A stretch of 63,556 nucleotides of DNA, the filler included, from Phoronis australis (lineage: Eukaryota > Animalia > Phoronida), in assembly GCA_002633005.1 (NCBI GenBank). It is 6 parts of 6 records of this genome, joined end to end, with 100 filler letters (N's around TTAATTAATTAA, not from the genome) between each part and the next. Parts side by side here need not be neighbours in the genome. Positions count along the whole stretch, not along the records: positions 34,377 to 56,441 come from NMRA01000061.1; positions 56,542 to 61,668 come from NMRA01002416.1; positions 61,769 to 63,556 come from NMRA01002048.1; 3 more parts are not named here. One strand, 5' to 3'. How positions within the stretch are numbered: position 1 is the first letter of the stretch; each line of letters starts with the position of its first letter. The position numbers were made by a program, and so were the translations under genes. Under the pieces are notes generated by a model that worked only from the letters and a program-made list of their open reading frames with translations, was not told the origin of the DNA and made no database searches. This document shows positions 50,590 through 62,971 of this stretch, one piece after another.

Positions 50590-51344
50590 CCTCCTACTAA
50601 TTTCCCAGAATGCAGAGTTTTGATGCGATGGATAAGCAGCAGTCAGATTGGGACCTCTTCATTCCACAGATAGCCTGTGCCCTACGATCATGTGTTAATC
50701 GGAATACTTGTTTTAGTCCCAATTATCTAATGTTAGGACGTGAAATTGTGTTGCCACCAGAGTTAGTTTATCCAGTCCCTAGAGAGGGAGCAACATTCAA
50801 TTGATAGTTATTTGGCCAGTTTGGTTGTAGCAAGTGAAATAACACGAGACGGCGAGAGAAACCTTACAAGTTTCCCAGAAACACATGAAGCGGACTTATG
50901 ATGTTAAATTATAAAAGCTAAGCTATTCAGTCGGTCAACCAGTGTTGATTTTGGATTCAGCCACTGTTAAGGGAGTTTGCAAAAAAACTGACTTCTCCTT
51001 GGAAAGGACCCGCAATCATTTTGCAAAAATTGTCGGACTATTTATATAGGGTTAAAACCCACAGCAGCATTACAGTAGTGAATCACGATAGGCTCACGGC
51101 CTGTAAGTTTAGACAATTACCAGGATGGATGGAAAACCACATGCAGGATCCACAATTATTGCGGGAAGTAATCAAGGATAAAGGCAAGTTTTATTGGATA
51201 TGCCGAAGACCTTACGATGGTGGGAGTATGATTGAGTGTAGTGGTTGCAAAGACTGGTTCCACGCCGTCTGTGTAGATTTGAATGATGACCGAATGGCTT
51301 GTTTTGCAAACATCGATTATTATTGCCCCTTGTGCTCACACTGA
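50590..51344 (+). mobile_element. Degenerate Gypsy-type integrase C-terminus ending in a PHD finger
   Basis: DWDLFIPQIACALRSCVNRNTCFSPNYLMLGREIVLP; then MKRTYD...YSVGQPV...PWKGP..ILQKLSDYLYRV...VVNHDRL (GPY/F module); then YWICRRPYDGGSMIECSGCKDWFHAVCV...YYCPLC (PHD); stops and frameshifts. Confidence 0.8.
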
Positions 51345-54300
51345 GGATAGTAAGTTTGTTTTTCAGCCAAGTGTTCAGACCCAGGTCATTGACCTTTTAG
51401 CTGACGTGAGAGCTGGTGTTAAAAATCTCCCTACTCCGGAGGAGTTAATCTCATTATTCATGAGGGGGGACCTTACGTAAGGTACCGAGCAAGTGAGGGC
51501 TCGCCGTTTCCTCCTCTTGGAGCTATTCAAAGAAGCGACCCGAAGGGGATTGAGCACAACTATGTGTCCAAGCTAAGAAGAGTCTCTGTGACCCTGGTGG
51601 GACCAGAATGGACGGAGGGAGAACTGGTTGACGTATCCTATGCTCGATCTCTACTGGTAGATGCAGGCTTGGCTGCTCCCCAGGTAGTGAGAGTTATCTT
51701 ACCCTCTTCGCCACCTAGCCAGTCCGCTGCAGCTGAGAAAGGTGAAAAGGAGTTGGACTCTTCGTCAGTGATGCTGTATTCTCGGACGAGTACCCTGAGA
51801 CAAAAGGTCCAGAAATTGAAGGCCCCAGAAGAAAATCCACAAAAGTAGTTCCATAGGTGGCTTATCAGCCAATTATTCACGCATGCTGACTCACAATAGA
51901 AGCCTGATCAGGGTGAAGGTGGATAAATGCGGTGTAATTCCTACAGTTTCTTGTGGTAGTGGATGTGTTCACGACATGAATGGGATGAATTTTATCATCT
52001 ACCAGTTATTTGTAAGTTCAAGGGTCGTTGTAGGTCAGATATCAATCCTCCTATGGTTCCATTGTTACACTCGCATAGCCGGATTCAGTGGATGAGCTCT
52101 AATGCACAGGCATTCTCTCGGTTTTTTTCAACTTGTGGTGAGGATTGTGCGGCGGCCGGTTACCGAACTTTGGGTACTGAATGGGTTCTGCTATGTTGAA
52201 AAAGGGCTTAAAAGGCTAACAAAATGTCGTGTACATGTAGGCCTACGTATCCCCAAGTGAAATTCAGAAACACAAATGATTGCAAATGAAATTATTGTAT
52301 TTTTAATAACAAACTGGTGCTTATTATCATTAAAGAAAAATAAATGGTCATACATGTGATGCAGAAACAGTGATGTAGTGTACGTACCCCATTTTGTAGT
52401 GTACGTACCCCTATGTTTACAAATGCCATGGAATTAAAGTAGATCACTTGGTAAGTGAGCAACATTGGTCGCAGACGACATAAAACTTAACCTATACGCG
52501 AATATGTTCTGGCTCAAGAGGCTGGTGGTTAAAAACAAAAAGTGGCGTGAGAACATGATCTGAAATAGCGGATTGTGAGAGTGGTATCGCTGTCACGGAA
52601 ATAGTTCCATGAGCGGCTACCAACTGCCCTGTTCTACCATAGCTCTACTAAACTTTGGGAGAGAGTACGTTAACGTGGATACACATAAGTTCACATTTTT
52701 ACTACAACCTTTCTGTCGTGTACTCGTTTACAATATACTCCATGTAACTTTGAGATGCTTTTTAGTTAACAGTTTGTTTTTTTCAAATTACATACTCGTA
52801 GCCTACTTACTCGCACCAAAAATAGCTTGAATCTACCATTTTGAGATATATAATTGTAGCGGTAGGAAATTAATCTTAGTAATACTATTGATTGAATCTT
52901 GTAAGGTAAGAAAATACATCCATTTCCACGTAAAACCGCTTACTGATTCATTTCAAACAGTTAACAGTCTTCTCGACAAGTTCTCATGCAAATATGGAAT
53001 TGCTATTGATCAGTCACAAAAAACTGTGTTGATTATGCAGCTCACAGCTGTGTACCGCACGCTGGCTCTGTTTTTGGGCTTCCTCTCTTGCGTTGCATTC
53101 AAACTTTGTGCTTGTGTGCCCCTATTACCGATGTCACGTGTATTTCACTATTTATTTCGCTTCGTATTTGTTCATTCCACTAATTGCTTGATGATGAGAC
53201 ATGCAGTCCGGCAAATCACAATCAAGGTCCATATTCGGTGAACACTTCTTGTGAAAAATGAAGGATGTCAAATAACTATAAAAGCTGGGTTACTTTAAAG
53301 TACCATCATCCGAGGTTTGTAATCTATGATTTTTGCTCAAGAACCACCGAATAAAGTTTTTATGGCCTGATGCATCACAGTTGTATAAGAAGGGTACGTA
53401 CACTACAACTTGTGGTCAAAACCCACATCAATCATTCAAAAATTCCTTTATCAAATTGAAGAAGTATCCCATACTAAAGTAAGAAAAAATATTACCGTGC
53501 TCATCAAGTTGTTCTAGATGATGATACATTGCATATCTTAACACAGTATAATGAGAACTTTTTCTCTTGCAATGTGATTCTTACAAAAAAAACGACAATT
53601 AACTACTTGTTCATTGCAATCACAAGTTGGTTATAGTTACTACAATGCTACGTCCAGTGTTTAACTTGTNATTACGTTAGAACTGGTTTGCTGCAAGTTG
53701 TCTTGAGAGATAGAGAACCTGCCTCTGCAACATCAAGTGTCACGACGTGTCTTCTAGGATGTTACTGGCCAAGTCTTGTATGGCATTCTATTGCCCACAA
53801 ATTTGATAATGTTCATTGTTTTTTTGTTAGACTGGATGCATTTTGGAAATATCAGTGTTGTTCATGAGAACAGAAGTAATTAAAATTACTTGTGGGCAAT
53901 ACTTTATAGCACAGAGGTCGAAGGTACGTACACTACACAGGGGTACGTAAACTACATTTCAATGACATGTCAGGTTTATAAAAATCCTTCGAATCTACTG
54001 AGAGTTAGTTCATTTACCAAATCTATTGAAAGAGAATAAATAAAAGTACAGCATACATGAGCAAATCTGTCTGTCATTCTTTGAAAACAAGCTCATGATA
54101 AAATACAAGGGGTACCTGCACTCACAGGCGTCCTCAGCTCCTGATCGTCCCCAATACACTTTACATAATACTACAAGGTATGACACCACGGACTAGAAAT
54201 TCCACTGGTGCTTCAGTTCAGTCGTCCATAGCAAACATAAAACTCAATAAATTTATACAAAACAGAAATTCAACAAACCATGAAGAATTGTTCTTTCTCC

Positions 54301-55680
54301 CAATGCCATTTACGGTGTCCTGCTCCACCGAGTTCGCAAGAAATTCGCGGTCAAAGCACAAAAATCTTCCCAAAAAGCCCGTCTGGAGCAACTCCTTGGT
54401 CCCACGCGCAGGGTACGGAATTATCCGATGAGTTACGGATGTACGGAAATTTCCGATTCATCACGGAAAGTCACGGCATCGATAAGTCGGGGCACTCAGC
54501 CTCGTCTCCAGCCACAACATGGTGCTGATCAGTTAAGGTATTTGAGGCTTGGTGATGGGAAATGAAATGTGTCAGAATTTTTACAGAAATTGCAAGAATG
54601 TCACACGTAATTTCAAAATTTTCTGCAGTTTTGTATAAAAATAAAACTAATGGTATATTGTAGCAATTTAGATCCAAATTATTGCAAAAATGATGTATTT
54701 TGATTCAACAGGTTAATACTATTCATAAATAAGAATTGAAAAAAGTACAACCTTTATTTCAGACAATAAGTAAAACAATGCCTTCTGTCTCATGTATAGC
54801 TGCAATGTGAAAATAATTACCATCTGCCTTTGACGTCAAGGCATCGGTCAATCGTTGTGCAGAAAGTAATTCCCATAATCAAGCCTCAAATGGCTAAACC
54901 CATAAGCGCCATCTTTAGGCTTGGGGACAAAGTTGAAAAGGTCACATGAGTGTCACTATTGTGTGAAAACACAGTGCAAAACCATCAACTGATGCTCATA
55001 AGACTTTTTGTAACAGATTGTGAAGTATTTTTTAGGAATTTCAAAATGGTAACAAAATAGACATTTTGGGAAGAAATGGAATGAATAAAAAGTCGCTTCT
55101 GAAAATATTTATTACAAGAAACTGAAGTCCTACAACCAGCTGTAATACTTGTGTTAGGAAAGGATGAAACATTTATATCTTGCAGATTATACATTTCAAA
55201 TAAGTTTCGTGGTGGAATGGTATACATGTACAGTGTCTTTAGGTAATTCTTATTATGCATAACTTATCTGGAAAATGTATAGTTGAGTCTTTTAGTTTGT
55301 ACTCTAAGATACTAAGCAGGGTTTGTTTTATTTCAGGGATTGTGATCAAGGTGCACAGTAATACTAATGCAAGCTTTATAGTAAAAGAGGCACCATGTTC
55401 CGAAACGCTGGAGACAGGGAGGGAGGGCGAAGACTGTGAAGCTACTAGTCCACTAATAAGCCTGCGACAGTTTTGTAAAAAATAATTAGTTACTTAGTTG
55501 TTATTTATACAATTCATAATTTTTTTGTATTTTACCTGAGCAGTTTCATAGTAATAAATGTATTAAAGAACAAGAGTCTTTTCTTCTTGTAAGTCACAGC
55601 TGCAGATGCAATGACCAACAAAGCGAACGTTGTAGGAGTTAAAAACCTGAAGCATTGAAAAAAACAAATCTGTTGTTATA

Positions 55681-56048
55681 CCCACAAAAACATTAATATT
55701 CCTGCATTCGGCCTGTAAAGGCAACACAAGTGGTTCAATATTGGCACTGTACTGGCCCAGCACTGCACTTTCGCCTATGTATGGGCCCATCAATGGCCCT
55801 GTACTGGGCCAACACAATCTGTCAATACTGGCCCTTTACAGGGCCGAAACCGGTTATTGTTGTACTGGCCCAGTAATGGCGTGGTACTGGTCCTTTACTG
55901 GCTCGATATCGCAATCTTGTACCGGGGCCAATATGGGGAAGGTGTGCAGAATGTTATTGGGCCAGTATTGGCCTACATCATTGGGCAAATACAGAAGACA
56001 GTTCAGGGCCAGTAGTGGCCCAGTACCTAGGCCTACATGTTTACTTGG
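55681..56048. mobile_element. Putative MITE with CCCA.AAA.CA / TGTTTACTTGG ends and many internal GTACTGGCCC motifs in both orientations
   Basis: ta|cccacaaaaaca...tgtttacttgg|ta, with repeated tactggccc and gggccagta motifs. Confidence 0.6.
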
Positions 56049-57042
56049 TATAAGGGCGTTGTCTAGAAGGCGAATGCAATTTCAAATGCTACCAACATCA
56101 AATTCACCCAGCCGTTTTTTACAATTAAAATCTTTCTCATCCACAGCCTTTGAAACGCCCGATGTTAACTCAGTGACACACTGGCGCGTCTTCATGCAAC
56201 TGAGGTGACCTAAAACATCAGGGTTCGCTTACGTTTTTAACCATAGTGAAAACTCTGACTAGCGAAATCTGTTTGTGGATGAAATGAAACTGATAATCGT
56301 TAACATTTTCTGATAATCTGTGTGGAAGATAACAGGACCGTTTCTTCTGGTCGTCACGGCAGCTTAGCGCCGTCCACGGTCGTCACCAATTTCATGCAGC
56401 TCAGTTTCCCTCAGTCACTAATTTTCGCCGTCACCCCCCCCNNNNNNNNNNNNNNNNNNNNNNNNNNNNNNNNNNNNNNNNNNNNTTAATTAATTAANNN
56501 NNNNNNNNNNNNNNNNNNNNNNNNNNNNNNNNNNNNNNNNNATTTTGGACACCCTATGTTCGAAATCCTGGATGAAGCCCTGCTTCGCCATGTTCATTTT
56601 GTTGTGCCTAATAAGATGAAGTGACAAAAACATCATGATACCTGTGAGGTAATACTTGCGCATTTCAAAATAATGATAAGATTTTCACAAAGTTTTTTTG
56701 CCCCATTCAATTGAAAGTGGGTGTAAAAGCTTTTTAGTTGCTATTGCATTTCAACAATTATTTACTTTCAATTGGCAAAATGGTTTTTTAATTTGCTGTT
56801 ATTATCTTTCAAAAACTCACACTTCATGTTACAAATGGCAATTGTTACATGGAACATAGCATTCTCTCGTGTGACATTCGCATGACTTTTGTTCCCTGTG
56901 AGATTTTTTCAGTTGTGCCATGACACAATGCGTATTGCATAAAACGTACTGAGAGTGGCATAGATGGAGTAATATCACACGAGACATTATTTCATGTATC
57001 GACCGAGGCCACGCAATAATGTTGAGTTGACAACAATACATT

Positions 57043-57120
57043 TAAATTGAATGAAAGGTAAATTGAATGAAAGGTAAATTGAATGAAAGGTAAATTGAAT
57101 GAAAGGTAAATTGAATGAAA
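57043..57120. repeat. 16-bp tandem repeat (taaattgaatgaaagg), ~5 copies
   Basis: Direct reading of the sequence. Confidence 0.93.
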
Positions 57121-57181
57121 GTACCACTTCTTATGACACATTGCACCAATCTTGTCTGTTTGATATATTTTCATTTAAATT

Positions 57182-57366
57182 TAAATAGGTAAATAAAACA
57201 ACAAGAATGGACCAACTGAGAAACTTTCGGATGTAATAACGTCCTCTGTCAACAGAAACAGAAATAAATTTAGTAAAATCAAACCTATGTTTCTGTTGAC
57301 AAAGGACGTTATTACATCCGAAAATTTCTCAGTTGGTCCATTCTTGTTGTTTTATTGACCTATTTA
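57182..57366. mobile_element. Foldback/MITE: ~78-bp inverted arms with a short spacer
   Basis: taaataggtaaataaaacaacaagaatggaccaactgagaaa...cagaaaca versus tgtttctg...tttctcagttggtccattcttgttgttttattgacctattta. Confidence 0.8.
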
Positions 57367-58783
57367 TATTCTACATTTCGTGAAACAATAGTATCCTTGG
57401 GCGGATCTGGATCGCCATATTTAGTTTCAGATTTATTTTCTACGTCATTTAAATTTCACATGTAAGGAATATAGTAAAACTTTCCATGGCATTTTTGATT
57501 ATTGAACATTAATTAAAAGACCTTTCAACTCCCAAACATGAGATATCCTTTATCCACTGTGAGATCATCCATTTTTTTGTTGTGAATGCTACTTCACGAC
57601 TTTTATCTCAGTTTTTAAGTAATTTTATTACTAGTAGGAAGATCCCAAAAACCTATTTCAAGCGCCCCAAATAATCATTCTCAAACTTCATGTGGTTGTT
57701 GATTGTTGTGATGTAAAACTTTGGACGCTTGTCCTGTGAAAGCAAGATAAAAGTATAAAAAACAGATTGTGTAATTTGAGGGTGCACATTGTATCAAGTA
57801 CACTCTTGTGTTTGAAATATTTTTCAATTTAAAAATTTCCATGTGATGTTTCCTGATATTATTCCATGTAACTCTAAACTTAGATGACTGGAGAACCTTG
57901 TTTCCAGCAAAACTGTTCATGATTGTCATGGAAATCTGATTTGAAAGAACAAAACATTAAGCTTGCATCAAGTTACAGAGTAGGTCCAATTAATTTACAT
58001 TGATATAATCATCACTGACATTCCCATACTTGTCTTATAACCAGATGAGTGATAAGTTACTGTGTTTCATGTAAATTTATTTAATTGAATTAATTACACT
58101 TGATTGTAATTATTAAATCAGTACTTAAAGGGTTCTCCTTGATGTGCTGGTTGGAGGAATGCTGTGAACAGATATTGATTGGTGATGTTGCTTGAAATGA
58201 ATGCATGCCCTAATCTAAGACCACACGATACTTTGCTTACAGTAAACTGGGAGTTACATACCCTCATATTATAACCAAAGCTTAATAATTTTTACATGAT
58301 AGAAAAAATAGCTTCTCAGCAATCTGCCATCTAGGTCTGTATCTTTCTGGTGATGGTGATGGTGACTGTAGCTATCCAAGTAGTGCTGCATTCCAGGTGA
58401 ACCCTGGTTGGTAACACAACTTGATTGAGGTAGTGACACCCTATCATTAGAATGTGAATATTAGTGCCACAGTTATGTCATGAACAGGTCTCTGGTAAAT
58501 CAAGTTGATTTTTGTGTGAAAAGTGTGGCCATGGATGGCATGCACCAAATAATGAGTGACAGAGAAAAGCCATGTATCGAGGCTATGCATGAGCTTGATT
58601 GTTTTGGCCAGGAGTAATCTGTAAAAACAGCATATTAACAAAACAAGAGTTCATGGTTGGAACGAAATCACTGTAAGGGAAAGTGTACAGTGATTTGACA
58701 TTTTGAGACCAATAATCATTTTGTTTATATGTAAAATGAAAAAGTTTGATTATTAAAGGCAATTGTTGCTGTGTGTTTGACAG

Positions 58784-61668
58784 ATTGAAGAACAAGACGC
58801 TGAACTGGCACGCATCATACAGGAAGAGGAACGTTTAAAGGCAAAGAAACATCGCCACAAACACAAACGTCGAGAGAATGAACCCATGTCACGTTCACAG
58901 AGTCTTCCAGCTGAGGCCAGCCTTGACAGTAGGCAAGGTCTGTGGCTTTTTAATTAGAGTATGAGTTGTGTGCACACTTAACGACTTATTCATGAAGCCT
59001 GAACAATTGTGGTTTCGTTTTCAGGCTCAGGTGTGTGTCTACAGGAGTAGGTTGAGTCTTTACCTTTTTGGGTTATAAGTCCTGCCTAGACAATTGTTTT
59101 ATTTTTGTTTCGTTTTTATCAGACTAGTTATTTCATTTTTGAAATGTGTACAAGAACTTGGATTGGCTAAGTTAGGCTTGGTGCACCTGAAACATATCAG
59201 TTACCGTAATATAAAGCTGATACAGAATGCCTGCTCTTATTTTTAATAGTACAATTATAATACATTTAGAGAACTATTGAAAGATCATTTTGACAGGCTG
59301 ATGCATTAATAAAGCTGTAATGAAAATGTTTTTACACGTTCATCCATTTTGTAGCACCTGCTGTGTCAAGAACATCATCATCAGATGAAGCTACAAGAGT
59401 GCCCCCTACTGGCCAACATTTCTCAACAGAAACTTCACATCTCATGTCCCTCAGGCAAAGTAGTGAATCTGTTGAAAGGTATGCCTTCAAGTTCAACAAT
59501 TTGTTATTATTTTTTGAGGGAAATAGCATTTTTATATGATGAGAAGAGAACGATGCATTTCATTTTGGTCTCCACTGGGCTGTTTTAGCACTTTTGGGAG
59601 GAAGAGCCTTTCCGGATGACTTCTAAAGGACCGGTTCAATGAATTTTGACATGGGTATGCAATGCCCTGGAACCAATTGATTTTTGAGCGAATTCAACCA
59701 TTGCAGCAACCCTAAATGGCCATTTTGGTCTTGATAAGGGAATTTGAGTATTTTTGTAGAAGAGTTGTTAGGGTGATATATAATAGAGAACTGATTAACT
59801 GTTCTCAATGAACCTTGACACGTAGATATTTGACAGTAGTATGCCTGCATCAGTAAATTTTAGATCAATTTCGACTAGTGCTACATCTCTCGGCGCTACA
59901 TCTCCCAGCGCTGCATCTCCCAGTGCTTTTCTCCCAGCGCTACATCTCCCAGCGCTACATCTCCCAGCGCTACATCTCCCAGCGCTGCATCTCCCAGCGC
60001 TGCATCTCCCAGCGCTGCATCTCCCAGCGCTGCATCTCCCAGCGCTGCANTCACTGCAGCACCCCCTAGTGGCCATTTTGGGCTCACAAAGTTACTTTTT
60101 CAAATGCTTTTGATATCTGGAGAACTGATTGATGAATTTTAATGACACTAAAGTATGTGACAGTGATTTGGTTTGGGACCAGTAATTTTTCACGCGGATT
60201 TGACTTCTGCAGCACCTCCTAGTGTCCATTTTGTCCAGTTATCTGCTGGATATCTCAAAATCCCTAGGTTGTATTTTGATGAAAGTTTGCTCAAAGGCAT
60301 TGGACATCACTGGGGAAATACATGTGCCCCGGTTCCTGGGGTGGGCTTTTCAGTACTTTTGGAGACTAAACTGATTGCAGTTTCTATGAAACTTAATTTA
60401 ACATAGGAATATGTGATGGAAATGCACCTGTACAAGTTGATTTTTGACTGAACTAGAACTCTTTAACACCTAGATGCCATTTTGCATTTAACAGTGATTG
60501 TTCAGTATATTTTGGGAGGAAGAGCATTTTCCAGATGATATACAGCGAACCAATTAACAGGTTTCAATGAAAATCTGACACAGGGATGTGTGATGGCAGT
60601 GTGCTGACAGTGTGATAGCAGTGTGCTGACAGTGTGATAGCAGTGTGCTGACAGTGTGCTGACAGTGTGCTGTCAGTGTGCTGGCAGTGTGCTGACAGTG
60701 ACTGACAGTGTGCTGGCAGTGTGATAGCAGTGTGCTGACAGTGTGCTGGCAGTGTGCTGACAGTGTGCTGGCAGTGTGCTGGCAGTGTGATAGCAGTGTG
60801 CTGGTTGCAGTCAATTTTCAGACATTTTCAGCCTCCCTAGTGACTTCCATTTTGGAGTTGTTGGCAGCTTCTAGTTTCAAGCTGATTCCAACTGGTATTG
60901 CTCACTGTATTTGCCTAACCTCATTGTTGTTTTATGTCATACACTAGATCTGCTGTTTTTGGTTACCTAGTGCTGTGTCCTTTTTCGCATGTTTTATTTA
61001 TTTGTTGCTGATGTTGAAAACTTTTTATTTTTAAGCGTTTTGATTTTTTTTTTTGATGTTAGCTTTAAAGGGTGAGATACCAACACTTTTTTTTCAATTC
61101 TGACTGTTGCAGCTACCTCTTTTGATCAAATTGTTGTTTCCTTGTGTCTTTCATGAAACTGATAAGCATCATGTAAACATGCCGTTTGTGGTGTAGTGTG
61201 GATACATATATCACCGCTTAATCTTGCTCTTGATTGCAGTTTTGAGTATTGTATTCATTAGGTAAAAGCATAGAGATTATCAATTGTTATTGTTTGTTAA
61301 CTGAATAATGAAGTCTACTGCAACCTGTGAAGGATAATTGCCTTGTCTCCATTTCCTTCTATTATTACTTCACATTTAGTTGATTACTAGCAATCAGTTT
61401 TATTGCAATGAACAGGTGTTCATCAACCTTGTATAGAAATCACTAATTATCTCAATAAATTACTCTCTTTTAATTCTACTCCTAGTACAGAAACCATTAA
61501 TCATTTTTATACTCTCTGTTATAAACTCCACTCCAATCGTAATTTGTGTTTCGTTTCAGGGCTAAGTTTCAAGTTGATCCTCAAGAGGGCTCTGAGATGT
61601 CATCTGTCCCCTTCAATATTGCAGAAGTCATTGACCCAACATTTCGACGTAGCAGAGCCAGCAACAGC
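58784..61668 (+). CDS. Partial spliced gene (exons 58784-58937, 59355-59478, 61560-61668+), probably CCDC50/Ymer-like ubiquitin-binding coiled-coil protein
   Basis: Exons join in phase (1, then 2) with AG/GT sites. IEEQDAELARIIQEEERLKAKKHRHK resembles an MIU motif; ...PFNIAEVIDPTFRR. Upstream exons were not found and the last exon runs into a gap. Confidence 0.6.
59876..60049. repeat. 15-bp minisatellite (gcgctgcatctccca), ~11 copies
   Basis: Direct reading; intronic. Confidence 0.93.
60588..60803. repeat. 11-bp minisatellite (cagtgtgctga / cagtgtgatag variants), ~19 copies
   Basis: Direct reading; intronic. Confidence 0.92.
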
Positions 61669-61768
61669 NNNNNNNNNNNNNNNNNNNNNNNNNNNNNNNN
61701 NNNNNNNNNNNNTTAATTAATTAANNNNNNNNNNNNNNNNNNNNNNNNNNNNNNNNNNNNNNNNNNNN

Positions 61769-62971
61769 GCAGGCACAATAGGGTAAGGTATACAAAATCA
61801 GATAAGAGATAATGATCCCCTATAGCAGAGCTGAACAGGCTGACCCATATGTCTTAAATTTCACAAAAACAACAATGAAACATTCTTGTTTACAATACAC
61901 GCCCATGTTACCTATTGTTGTAAGTTCAGTTTTAGCAAAGATAGCCGTAATTACTACTATTTTAATTAGTACACTATTCATTAATGTGCCCCAAAAATCC
62001 AGACTCAAGTCTGAAAATGAAAAACAGTAATAAAATGACACGAGTTTCAACCTTTTATCCAATCTTTTTGATAAGCACTGATAAGAGAGTTGAGTACGTG
62101 AAGTGTTTTGCATTCATTTGCATAAATGAGTTAACCTAAATTAACTACTTACGGTTCCCCACTGAAAGTTGTGATAGATTTCAACACGTCCATCACGCGG
62201 AGGGTGATGGCCATCAACAAGTCTCACAGTGCCATCTGGTGGCCCAGTGATGTCTTCACATACAATGCCCACATCCTGCATAGAATAAGAGTACAGCTAT
62301 CAACACATTCTAGACAGTCACACAAAATAAGACTTGAACGGTTAAATTACCTGCAGATAACACTTCTCATCATAAAATAAAAATTAAGCAAATCAGGTAA
62401 CTATATATATATTAACTACCCGTGGTTGCAAGAACAAAACACTACAAGACTTTGAGAATCATTGACCATTTTGCCTACACCCTAAAAACAAGGGCACATA
62501 ATTCCAACTGAAGTGCATGACTGTCAAGCAATGATGGAGAACACCATGCTATTCTATATCAACATTTTTAGTGTTTACTGTACCAGCCACAAAGTTTTTC
62601 ATTAGCACACAGTTACATTACCATGACAATGGAAAGTTACCACTATTTCATGTAATCTATAACACAGATTTTCCTTATTATGAAGTAAGTTTTACTTTAT
62701 TTCAGACATAATATATCTTGGTCTAACTTGTCATCCCTACTTTTGGTTTTGAATTATATAGTCATCTCTTTCAATCAGTTTTACATTATTAGGCGATCCA
62801 AATACACAGCTCAAATTAAGTCAAGCAGGACCAGTCGAATTCGATCCCTTTTGACTTGTGATTGGTCATGGAAATGACGCTAAGTAACCATATCGGTCAG
62901 CCTGTTCAGAACTGCTATAGGGGATCATTATCTCTTATCTGATTTTGTATACCTTACCCTATTGTGCCTGC
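61769..62971. mobile_element. Pair of ~80-bp inverted repeats enclosing ~1 kb (putative TIR element)
   Basis: gcaggcacaatagggtaaggtatacaaaatcagataagagataatgatcccctatagcag...ctgaacaggctgacc at 61769 and its reverse complement ending at 62971; the left end is cut by a gap. Confidence 0.7.
62153..62275 (-). CDS. SRCR (scavenger receptor cysteine-rich) domain exon
   Basis: ttctatgcag|DVGIVCEDITGPPDGTVRLVDGHHPPRDGRVEIYHNFQWGT|gtaagt: end of one SRCR domain (DVGIVC) plus start of the next (VRLVDG...GRVEIYH..WGT); phase 0-0. Confidence 0.85.

Noticed and set aside
59795-60947. Repetitive ORFs (CSAGR, PALHL, HCQHT repeats)
   Set aside because: Translations of intronic minisatellites.
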